A program made the translations under genes and the position numbers. The notes under the pieces are model-generated. The model made no database searches, was not told where the DNA came from, and saw nothing but the letters and a program-made list of their open reading frames with translations. This document shows positions 12,801-24,780 of a stretch of DNA of 64,000 nucleotides, piece after piece. The first letter of the stretch is position 1. Every line of letters begins with the position of its first letter. The DNA is from Octopus vulgaris (lineage: Eukaryota): positions 35,278,001 through 35,342,000 of the forward strand of contig OX597823.1 in assembly GCA_951406725.2 (NCBI GenBank), written 5' to 3'.

Positions 12801-13559
12801 GAATAACAACAACATCAATAATAATAACCATCACGAAGCAGGAATTAAAAATCCGCAAAAAAAATGAAAGAAAAATATGACTTAATGTAAGCCAAACTGA
12901 AAAATTCTTCTTATATGGAGTATACAAATATGAAAAATTAATTTCCCCCAGATTCACCGCCAACACGTGCGTAAAATGTAAACACATAGACTGCAATATT
13001 TCTACACGAAAGCTGCAAACCTGTAATTAAATTTTAAAATTTAATTACATATACATCCATAATTATACAAGACCTCTATATATTATATATGCACATTGCT
13101 GTTTCTTCTCGGTCTCTCGCTGATACATTAATAATAATTATAATTACGAAAGAAATATCAACACATTTCCGTGGGTTTTCAGTTAAAAAGTAAATGCTGT
13201 AAAAACGAACACATAACAAAACCAACCAAAAAAGAAAGAACTGTGGACAGATAACCATAAATAATATGAATAGCTGATTTATGATTTACATACACTACTA
13301 TGCAACACTCCTCCACAATCATACAGGAATAAACTCATACCGTAAATATACAACACAATGAACAAAGCCCACATATGGCGTAAAAGGCCGATACTCAACA
13401 GAAGAAAGTTGCTTGAAACTATCAGATGTCGAAAAATAATAGTGGTGATGATGCTGGTGACGAATGTTACCTTACCTCAGTTTATGAGAGATAGGAGTTT
13501 CGCTGATTGTAAGAGTGACAATGAAGCTGGACCTTTATGGAAAAACCTCTAACTCGGCA

Positions 13560-15760
13560 GTGGTTCAGTAAAGATGCAGACTGACTACAGCTGTTATCCC
13601 AATACAGCATCAGTAAATAATAGAGTAAAGAACTTTAAAGAACTTTAGTAGCTTACATGGGAGGTTGAGGTAACAACTTCAGGATTGCCTTAATGGAGGA
13701 ATAATATCAGATTGGATGACTTGAGGAATGACAATAGCCATTACGAATGATAAAAGCAGGGGTAATACAGCTAGCAACTATAGACAAATCACTTTCTTAC
13801 CGTTAGTATGGAAGCTGTTGACAGGAATGCGTTCGAAAAGCTTTTACGAGCACCTTGACAACCAAAGAACAGAAAGGATGCAAGAAGAAGGCTAGAGGGA
13901 CACATGATCTATTATATATAGACAAAGCAATTCTGAATGAAGTAAATGCTAGAAAGAAAAATCTAACAATAGCATGGATAGATTATAATAAAACCTATGA
14001 CATGATTCCACATTCATGGATAAGTGAATGTTTGAGTATATGCAGTGTAGAAGACAACATAAGAGAATTATTTAGCTTTAGCACGAAGAAATGGAAAGTA
14101 GATCCCTACTCAGCTGACACAATCTAAGGGAAAGTTAATATCAAAAGAGAAATTTTCTAGGGGGAATCGTTGTTCCCTTCAATATTTGTCTTATGCCTGA
14201 TCCCCCTCAGTTTAGTATTAAGGATGGCAAAGGCAGGGCATCACTTCAGAAATAGTAAGGGAAGAATTAACAATTTGCTCTACGTGGATGATCTGAAGTT
14301 TTTTAGTAAGAATGAAAAAGAGATAGATTTCTTAATACAGACTGTAAGACCCTTCAGCAAAGATATACGCATGGAATTTGGCATAAATCAGTGTGCAATA
14401 TTAGTCATGAGAAGGGGACAGGTAGTCAGCAGGGAAGGCATCCAATTACCAAATAGCCAGGCATTAAAATCATTGAAAGGAGGAGAAAGTTATAAGTATC
14501 TAGGAGTATTAGAATCTGATAGAGTACCAAACATAGACATGAAAACGAAAATTGAGGAGTACATCAGCAGGCGAGGAAGCTAATGAAGTCGAAGCTAAAT
14601 TGTCCGAATCAAGTGAAGGCTGTAAATACCTGGGCAGTATCATTACTTAGATACTCAGCAACTTTTGTAGATTGGACAAAAACTGAACTAGCAAAGCTAG
14701 ACAGAAGAACAAGGAAGGAAGTCAATGTCAGTGGAGGAGTAGCAAGATTATACTTACCTAGAAGGAAAGGCGGAAGAAGGTTAATATCAGTAGGAGACTG
14801 CATGGGCGTAGCTAGAGAAGATATAAACTCCTATGTAGGTAACAGTGAAGAAAGTTTATCAAAAGCTGCTAGAATCACAGCAAGACATAGAGAGACCAAA
14901 AACCCAAACGAACTTAAAAACTAGAAGAAGGGACAGAAAACATCTGGCTGGCCTTCACTTGATTCGGACCATTTAGCTTTATATTCCCCAAAATAGTTTC
15001 AGCCAATAGAAGTTGTGAGAGATGGTTGTGGCTGCAGAAAGCAAAGCTGAAAAGGGAGAAAGCTTGTTAGTAGCTACACAAAATCAAGCATTGAGGACCA
15101 ATTGGATAAAAGCCAAGTTATACAAAAAACAATTAGATTCCCATGTAGATTATGCAAATCAAAAGAAGAAAGCGTTACTTATAAGTGAATGTAGCATGCT
15201 GGTACAGAAAGAATACAAGAAAGACATGACAACCTAGGGAGAGTAATCCACCAGGAGTTATGTAGAAAGCTAGGATTTGAACATACTGATAAATAGTATG
15301 AACATGAACCTAGTAAAGTACTAAAAGTAAGAAATACAAGATGTTGTGAGACTTCAACATTCAGACTGACAATGTAATAGAAGAAGCTAGAAGGCCTGAT
15401 TTAGTAGAGAATAAAAAGTATTTGATAATAGACTTTACAGTCCCATATGATGAAAAAAATCAATATGAGAGATGTAGAAAAAATAGAAAAGTACCAGGAT
15501 CTAGCCATTGAATTACAGATATTAAGGGAAATGCGGATAAAATGTATCCCAGTAGTCATAGGTGCATTGGGAACTATGCATAAAAATCTGAACAGATGGA
15601 TAGAAGAAATAGGCAATAAAACCTAGTTTATTACAGTTCCAGAAAACAGTGTTATTAGGGATAGCTAAGATATTAGGGATGGCTGAGATACTTAGGTTTT
15701 CTTGATATCTAATGTTACTTGTGGTAGCCCGATGTTTTGATTTTTTCTTTTCCAATAGTC
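13560..15760 (+). mobile_element. Decayed R4/Dong-type LINE (RT to RLE)
   Basis: EQKGC, AWIDYNKTYD, NLLYVDDLKFF, YKYLG, RPDL, EK..KYQDLA, QKTVLLG. Confidence 0.85.
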
Positions 15761-18009
15761 TAATCTGTTGTGTGTATATGAAAATAATAACAATAATAAT
15801 ACCAGTTATGAATGGAGCATTGGGGGCAAACCCTTGTCAAAGACTTCTCAAGGCTTTTAGGAATACCATGCAAGATTGGTGCCATAAAAAAGATAGCTTT
15901 GCTAAGTACTATGGACATTTTAAAGAAAGTCTCCGATATTTGATGTAACTTGAGGTGCATTTCCAACTACACTGCATGACGAAGTAATAATAGTAGTAGG
16001 GAATTATACTTGCATTACAAGATCAATCTTTGGCTACAAATTGGTATGTCAATCTTAGAAATGAGTGCCTCCGTTGTGCCGAATATGTAATGAATTTGTA
16101 TATGAATGTTTTACAGTTGCCCAAAGCAAGTATAAGTTATAGCGCCTTGATGAAGTAGCAAAGTGTCAGCATTGGAAACTACGTGTGTGAAAAGTGAAGG
16201 TTAGAGAAATAAAGCATGGTACGACCGCAAACCGCAGGGAGTGACTGAGTCGGAAACTTGCAAAACCCTGTGGGATTTCCCAGTTTAAATGGACCAGATG
16301 TTCGGGCACAACAAACCTGACTTAATGGTGGTGGATAAAGTAAACCATGTGAATTATCAGGAAAGTACAAAACACTTAAAGAGAACAGATAGCATGGTGT
16401 CGTACGCTATAAGTAGCAAGCCCTCTACTCATGTAAGAATCCAAGTGTTCCAACAAAACTTGGGTTTAAAAAATAATAATAATGTTTCTAATATACTCAT
16501 TGAACAGAGGGGTGCAGTTATCTGTATCAACTATTGGTATCAATATTTGATTGGTACTGTAATCATTTCAAGGATAAAAGGTAAATTTGTTCTTGACATG
16601 ATTTGACCATCAATGATAATAAATATTAATAATAATATTAATGTATCAATTGTATTTTGGTAGGTGACGTAGATATATCAATATTAACTATTTCCGCTTC
16701 TATTGTCGTCAATGTTTGAATGGTTACTGCTTTTAGTGTTTTCTTGCTGATATTCTTGTGGTTACTGTTGATGTCTTTAATGTTATCTTGTTTCAATGCC
16801 GCTTCTCATAAAGCCGTTACTGTCTTCCCACTAAATTCTATGTGATATTTAACTTATGCTGTTGTCATGGGTGTAGCTGTCATTCATGTCATTGTGCTCA
16901 TGCTTGTTTCTAATTTCCATAGTCGTCGCTATCATGAGCTGTTAGGCTTGTGATTGTATTTATATTATTCTTATATGTGGTGCTCTTGTATTTCCAATTG
17001 TTATCGATACGTTTTAATGCCTATTTTAACAATAGGTGAACATAGAAAATATACAATGAAATATACGTGAAATATACAATGTGATCCTGTTGAGAAAATA
17101 GGAAATGGAACCTAATATCGAACGAAATATCGTCATAAATAAGAGTACTGCCGATCATTGATGTTCAGTATATAGAAATGCTAGCAGTTTAAAGTAATCA
17201 ATAAGAATAAGAAAAAAAAAAAAAACTAAACGGAAGGTGAAGGTGAACGGGAGTAACAAAGGCGAAAGAGTAGGAAGGAAAACATAATGGAAAACTAAAG
17301 ACAATGTAAGAAAGTCTAATTTAGAATACATCACCTAATTATGAGTATACACGCAGGAATACACACACACACATGCACACGCATACACACACACATATAA
17401 ACACAATATATATATATACGTGCCCAATAACATTCAACTCCAGTCTTAAAAATATGCAGACGTTTATATATACTTGTACTCATACATTAACGTATAAACA
17501 CTTACATAGATGAATTCGCACACGCACACATGTCTATCTACATGAGTATGATTATGTATATGCAAAAGAGGAAGGTTGGAGGTAAATATGTGGAGGAAAG
17601 ATAAACAGATAACTCTATTCGTTAAGAATGAGTGAAGCAGTAGGAGGACCGAGTTACACAGAGAGGGATAGAGAGAGAGAGGGAGTGAGAAAAAGAGAGA
17701 GAAAGAGAGCGAAAGAGACTGAGACAGATAAAAATGGATCCAGTTGTATATGAATGTGTAAAAATGTGCATGATTGTGTGTCCCCTTCTGTGATATATTC
17801 AATCAGTACTAAACAAATTTAGAAAATGAGTATACAATAGAATAAAGAAGGGGTAGAGACAGCGAAAGAATATATTCGTTTGTATATATATTTGCATGCA
17901 TACGTAACACATGCAAGCACATATACAGAGTATTACGGAGATTTACGTTGTGGTATCAACAAACAAGACGAGGACACAAATCCGTCCAATTTAAATAAAT
18001 ATGTATGTA

Positions 18010-19470
18010 TGATGATGGCCGTCCACTCGTGACCGAGGAAGACCATTGCTGACCTTCAGGAACATTGTGAGCTCTAGGACTAACTTATATTTTGCATTTT
18101 CAGCTCCGTTGGTGGCTAATGAACCCTGCTCTTGACAAGCATACACGACAGCAAACACTGCAGACCAAGCTTTCCCCATTCACTACTCTAGCCGCGCGCT
18201 TTCGCGCAGCACGTTTAAGTTCTTCATGCTGAATACGTGCTGTCTCAAAAGTGTCGACCCCCTTCTTTAACCTGCTTCCTCCATCTGTGACGATGACAAG
18301 CATTGTTCTCCCAGTCAGTCTCCTGCATATCACAGGCCTTTAATGAGGACTTGACACAGTCCTTAAATCGCAGTTTTGGTTTCTGCTTGGGTCTCTTTCC
18401 ATTCACCATATAGCATCTGCTTAGGGATCTTGCTATCCTTCATTCTAATAAGGTATCCAGTCCAACGTAACCGGTGCTTGTGCACCATCGCCTCAATAAT
18501 CAGGATATCAGCAGTCCTCAGAACCCGTGTGTCTGTAATTTTTAAGGTCCAGCCAACATTGAGAATGTGTCTGAGACATTTCTGATGAAAGCGTTCAAGG
18601 ACCCTTACATGACGTTTGTAAAAGGTCAATGATTCACATGAGTAGAGGAGCGATGTCAGTACATATCCACGGTACATAGCAATTTTTGTTTGCCTACTGA
18701 TGCTATGCTGGGACCAGACACGAGACTGGAGAGATCGGAAGGAATTGCTCTCTGCAGCCTGAAAGATATTTACTCATCCAGGGAGCAAGAACGACTGAGT
18801 GTACTGCTCAGGTGGACAAACTTGTCTACTACCTTCAGAATAGTTCCTTCAACCAAGATAGCTGGTTTCACATATGGATTTCCTGGTGCAGGCTGGCTGA
18901 AACAGTCTTGTCCAGGCTAATGCTAAGTCCAAATACCTTGCAAGAAGCAGAAATATAATTCATGAGTATTTGCATGTCATCTACTGTATGACTAAGTCAC
19001 AGTCATCTGCATAAAGGAGGTCACAAATAATAGACTGGAGAACTTTTCAATTGGAAGCAAATCGGCGCAGATTAAAGAGGCGGCCAGAAGATCGATATCT
19101 GACATATTCCCAGAGAGCTAACCTTAGCAAAAGCATGAGTAAAAACAGTAGCAAAGTACAAATATCAGATCGTACTGCAAAGCCAACACCAGCCTCTTTG
19201 CGCTCCCCCTTCTACCTTCCCTTCCAAAAAAAGGTGTATGCACCTCCTACTTCCTCAAGCTGACCATCATCTTCTATACGAGTCGCTGAGAGTACAGCTA
19301 TATCAATGCTATAACGGTTCAGCTCGCGAGCAACAAGTGCAGTGCGTCTTTCAGGCCTACAATCACTCTTCTTATCCAAGAGTGCGCACATTCCAACATG
19401 AAATGTTTAAGTCCCACCCAGATTTTGTAAATAAAAGTCTCTTTGTTTTTCGAGAGCAGGGTGGACAAAA
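18010..19470 (-). mobile_element. Internally deleted RTE-clade LINE
   Basis: ISCWNVRTLG (APE start), LLYADD, LLYSCE, LRWTGYLIRM..IPKQMLYGE, C-terminal CSVC..FISHQR, short (CAT)n tail. Confidence 0.85.
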
Positions 19471-19880
19471 TGTATCATCATCATCATCATCATCATCATC
19501 CTCATCCTCATCCTCATCCTCATCATCATCATCATCACCATCATCATCATCACTATATATATAGTCCAAAGATGAGATCCAGAGATTATCAGTATAGAAG
19601 ACACATATTAGTGCTCAAATAATTCAAACTTAGACTCCGAAGTTTTTACAAGGGATCGTTTCCGCAAGGTAAATAATAGTTGTTCTATATATTTATACCT
19701 AAAATTTCATCAGCTGAAGATCCCCATTTTTGCTTTCTCTCGTTTTGCATGTATATGTATATACATATTTTCTATTTTATACCTAGTCTATTATGATTAA
19801 TATATTTAACATGTTTAATGCATCGAATTTGTTTATCCGCATCATTGCCGCTCTCTGTCTCTCTATGTATATATATATAC

Positions 19881-19932
<52 letters not shown>

Positions 19933-19982
19933 ACACACACACATATATATATATATACATATATATACATATATATATATAT

Positions 19983-20067
<85 letters not shown>

Positions 20068-20414
20068 TAACAAACCGAGGAAAAGAAATCATTCAAAGGA
20101 GTGTGTTAAATATCCAATTCACTGGTACGCTAGTTGGGTACCTTATAAATATTGGTATAATTCAATTATAAAGATAATTGAATATAGAGAAATTCTATTG
20201 ACAATCCAATAATTTATTTATAATATAATATTATATTAAATACTTTGAATATAATGTATAACAGAATATAATATTATATAACATAAATAATTATAAAAAC
20301 CAATAAAGGGCAATAAATTGTTTTGACTTGAATATATTTTTTCTGATATATATAATCACAGTTCCATTATAAAAAAAGAGTACTCAAATACCAGAGGTAG
20401 AGTAATATACTCTG

Positions 20415-20563
20415 TTAAAAGCAGCAGAAATATCACAAACTATTACTCAGAATTTCACGTTCCCGTTCGTCAGACATTTTTGTTAGATTATAACAAAACT
20501 GTCCGACAAACTGGAAAATGAAACTCTGAGTAATAGTTTTTGTGATATTTCTGCTGCTTTTAA
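20415..20563. ncRNA. Head-to-head pair of minimal hammerhead motifs forming an inverted repeat
   Basis: Minus copy AATGT-CTGACGA-ACG GGAA CGT-GAAA-TTCTGAG-TA-ATAGTT; plus copy has a mutated core (CCGACAA). Confidence 0.6.
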
Positions 20564-20587
20564 TAAAGTACATACATACATGCAAAC

Positions 20588-21090
20588 ATGGTGGCTGCCC
20601 CCTCGTTATCGAGTATGGCCATTGCGCGAAGCTTAATCAATGTTGTTATTGTGCAATGCCTGTGCAAGAAGATTTTTTTTAAAGTGAGGAAAGGCTGTGC
20701 ACTGAGTCAATCCCACTCACTAAGCAACAGCAGCCATAATCCGAAAAGAAAAACAAGTCAGTATCATCGGTAACCACTGAGCCGCAGGTTTTATGTCGGA
20801 GTTATCCCAGTTACCTGAGTTACCATCTCCTAGAAGGATGCCCTAACAAAGGCTAGGAGTCCTACACTCCCAACGGTTTAACCGCGCGATCGGGTATCCA
20901 GTCCGATTATTTCTATGTCTCCGCGCATGAGACAGCCTTAAAACATTTATTGGATGGCCGTTGACTCTCAAGAGTTCCTCCGCCCTTTGACGGGTTTTGT
21001 TTTTCATCCCGCAGGGTGTCCAATAAACACCGTCCTCACTAAGCAAGCTTGGTGGGGTTGCCGGTTTAGTCGCCGACGAACCGACCATAC
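20588..21090 (-). mobile_element. Non-coding RTE-related SINE-like element
   Basis: RTE 5'UTR-like segment plus RTE-type 3' stem-loop tail (CCATACTCGATAACGAGGGGGCAGCC); no ORF. Confidence 0.55.
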
Positions 21091-21109
21091 ATACACACAC
21101 AAAAAAACA

Positions 21110-21221
<112 letters not shown>

Positions 21222-21229
21222 TATATACA

Positions 21230-21747
21230 TACATATATGTATGTATATACCTACATATATATGTATATATACATTCATATATGGGTACAAAACATCAAAA
21301 AGACGTAGACACAATGAGAAATGAGAATATAAAAAAAAACATAGAAAACGAATTTTTTCGAACATCGAAAGAAAAAACGAACAGAGAAACAAGCATGTAA
21401 CATTAAGAACATTCCCTTCAACAGTTGTCCCCTGTTTTATCTACTCCGCGTTCGAAGGTAAGGACAAGACGCAACTTCATTAAAACAGTCCTTCCCGCAA
21501 AGCAAATTAAATAAAATTTGGGATTTTTTGTGGAGGGTGAAAGTGGTAACAAAAACAGCACTGTGAGAACAAAACAATAAAATCAAACCGTGAAGGCTGT
21601 TAAGCCAAGACGATGTGAAGTGGTGAACGCTGGAAAAACGAGCTTTGAGAAGAGACAGATAAAAGCACGTCTTGTCTTTAGGAAGGAAGTGGAAGAAAGA
21701 AAGAATGGCCGTCGGTCACGTGTGAATAACGAGAGAGTCAAGTAGGA

Positions 21748-21813
<66 letters not shown>

Positions 21814-23190
21814 GGAACAGTGAAGGGGAAAGGAAAAGAATAGGGAAAGGATGGGAGAGAAAAACATAAAGGAAGAACAAGAGAGGGAGATAGACAGACA
21901 GAAAAGGGACAGAATAGGTGTGCGCATCGTAATTATTAAAATAAAACTTACTTGGAAAAGGATGCGTGGCGTTCGATCATATAATATAAATGATATATAG
22001 ATATATGCATATATACATACATATATGTACATACCTACATATATATGTACATATACATGCATATATGGGTACAGGACATAAAAAAACGTAGACAGAATGA
22101 GAAGCGAGAACATTATTTATATTATTATATGATCGAACGCCACGCATCCTTTTCTAAGTAAGTTTTATCTTAATAATTACGATGCGCACACTTATTCTAT
22201 CTCTTTTCTATCTATCTCCCTATCTTTTTCTTCTTCCTTTCCGTTTTTCTCTCCTACCCTTTCCCTATTCTTCTCCTTTCCCCCCTCTCTCTCTCTCTCT
22301 CGCATTTTTCCTCCTTGACTCTCTTGTTTTCTTTCTTTCTTTCTCTCTATCCCTCTATAATCCTCTATAGTTTCCTTTCCTTCCCCTCCCTCTTTGTCTT
22401 TCTTTCACTCCATACTATCTTTTGTTCTTCCTCCCTTCTCACTCCCTTTGTTTCTTTCCCTCATCCCATTTCTTTCTTTCATCCTCTCTCTTGTTCACGT
22501 GATTATAAGCCTTTTTTCTCGTCTCGGTCCTTTTTGGATGTGATGTCCAAACAGCTGGACGTCATCTCCCTCTTCTTTCGCTTCTCGACACCTTTTTCTC
22601 TTCTACTATTTTTCTTCTCTCCCATTTATTCTATATCCTTTCAAAATTTCACCCAGGCGTTACCCATTACAATGCGTCTTGGCTTAACAGCCCTTAATGT
22701 TTGACTTTGTCGATTGTTTACTCTGCACTCCACTCTGCTGTTTGTTCGTTCGAAGCCCTAACTCCCCACAAAGTTTATATTTAAAAAATTTCTGGATGCT
22801 ACTGTCTTAAGAAGTATTTCTATCTTGTCGTTAAAAGCACGAAATGACGAAATGGGTAGTAACAAGCAGTCGACAACTGACGAGCAAGTTATCTTGTTTT
22901 GATCTTTGTCCTGTACTTTTCTCTCGTGTGCTTACAAATTTTTCACTCGTTTGTGATGTCTTGTACATAATGTGTATTTCTTATTTATTTATAATTGAAC
23001 GCCACGCAGCCTTGTTCATAGGAAGTTCTTACATTTAACGAGTTGTATTTATTTATCGCCTGACGAGATGCAACTGCACCACCGGATACTCCTGAACCAG
23101 TTGTCGAGTGTCCCACCCATGAGGAATCGATGCTAGCTGTGTCAAAACAATTGTTGCGATTATAATAAATTCTCATATATGCCATCTTCC
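21230..23190. mobile_element. Two diverged head-to-head copies of a non-coding PLE-like element
   Basis: 21810-21990 is the inverse of 22115-22300; 21580-21630 is the inverse of 22650-22710; 21230-21330 is repeated directly at 22010-22112. Confidence 0.7.
23047..23170 (+). ncRNA. Hammerhead motif with G12A core mutation
   Basis: ATCGC-CTGACGA-GATGCA...TGTGTC-AAAA-CAATTG-TT-GCGAT; CGAAA>CAAAA fits CpG decay. Confidence 0.6.
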
Positions 23191-23233
23191 GTTTTTCATT
23201 TGCCATGAGACTTAGTTATTTTAATATTTCTAT

Positions 23234-23266
<33 letters not shown>

Positions 23267-23276
23267 GTATATATAT

Positions 23277-23335
<59 letters not shown>

Positions 23336-23567
23336 ATTTTCGTTGCGACTTGCACCCTTTTCATTCGTCGTTGAATCTGTCCATTATAACAGAGTCAATG
23401 ACTATTGAAGAGGCTGCAATTTTAGTAAAAATAAGAAAGCAAATGAGTGGAAATCGATGAGTGTGTTAAATTAATAAGTCACTAAATGAGAATGACTCTT
23501 CCCAGACACAATAAAATATGCTTCAACACACGAATTCACATAAAGCATCTTGGAAACGAAATACAAA

Positions 23568-23621
<54 letters not shown>

Positions 23622-23679
23622 CGGTGCCCCAGCATGGTTACAGCTCGTGAGCTGAAACTAGATAAAATAAAAAATATAT

Positions 23680-24110
23680 ATATAATTAAATTAATAATTA
23701 TATACACATGCATATAATTATATTAAGGGAGTAAGGGCGAAAACGATTTAACGCCAACGTGCTTGCAGTACCGAGACATTAAAAAAACTACCAAAATCTC
23801 CAAATAAAAATCATTAACGTGATTTTTATCCTTATATTCTATAATGAATTAATTAATAAAATAAAACAATTTAATTATTTTTACTCCTGACCGGAATAGC
23901 ATTTACTGCTTGGTTATTCTGATAATATTATACACGTGGCTGCCGTGAGGGGATTTAAATTTTACTTATCTAGGATCCATGTATATATTTAATCTGGAGT
24001 TTTTGGTAGTTTTTTTAATGTCTCGGAACTTATTGGAGTTAGGTCGTTTTCGGCATTGCTCCCTTAATATAATTCTATACGCTTGTATATAATTATTAAT
24101 TTAATGTATA
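23680..24110. repeat. Diverged inverted repeat with ~125 bp arms
   Basis: CCGAGACATTAAAAAAACTACCAAAA mirrored at 24000-24026; arms extend to TTAAATTAATAATTATATAC. Confidence 0.85.
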
Positions 24111-24534
24111 AATTACCCATAAATTTTTTATAGCATGCTGACTACCAGATGAAAATTATTAAATAAATTCTGATCCTGATAATCTATTAAGAATTTATCA
24201 GCCGAAATTGCGAGGATGATCAGGTTCTTGACTGAAGATTAGAGGCTTCGAATAACCCGTCCGTTTTTCGTGTCGTCTATTTGAGTGTTTTGCGTTCTTG
24301 TCCCATTTTGTATTTTTATACATATTTTATACACACACACACACACATATATATGTGTGTGTGTGTGTATAAAATATATGTGTGTGTGTGTGGAAGCAAT
24401 AATAATAGTAATATGATATTAAGGATTATTACGAAGTTGCATGGCGTTACCTTTAATTCTTTTTATATATAGCTTTAAATAGACATAAACATGGTTCATC
24501 TCAAGGTGTATATATATATATATATATACATTTA

Positions 24535-24780
24535 TTATTTTTACTTGTTTCAGCCATTTGAATGTGGCCATGCCTTTAGTCGAACAAATCGACCCGAGGA
24601 CTTATTCATTGTAAGCATAGTACTTATTCTATCGTTCTCTTTGCTGAACCGCTAAGTTACGGAGTCGTAAACACACCAACATCGGTTGCCAAAAAATGGT
24701 GGGGGAACAAAGACACACAAATACATACATCCACACACACACATATATACGACGGGCTTCTTTCAGTTTCCTTTACCAAA
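24535..24780 (-). mobile_element. SINE 3' half, same family as 47752-48195
   Basis: Reverse complement is similar to 47870-48190 and 38710-38920. Confidence 0.75.

Noticed and set aside
21040-21090. Possible HDV-like ribozyme at the 5' end of the RTE-related element
   Set aside because: Only a simple hairpin was found; I could not build the nested double pseudoknot.
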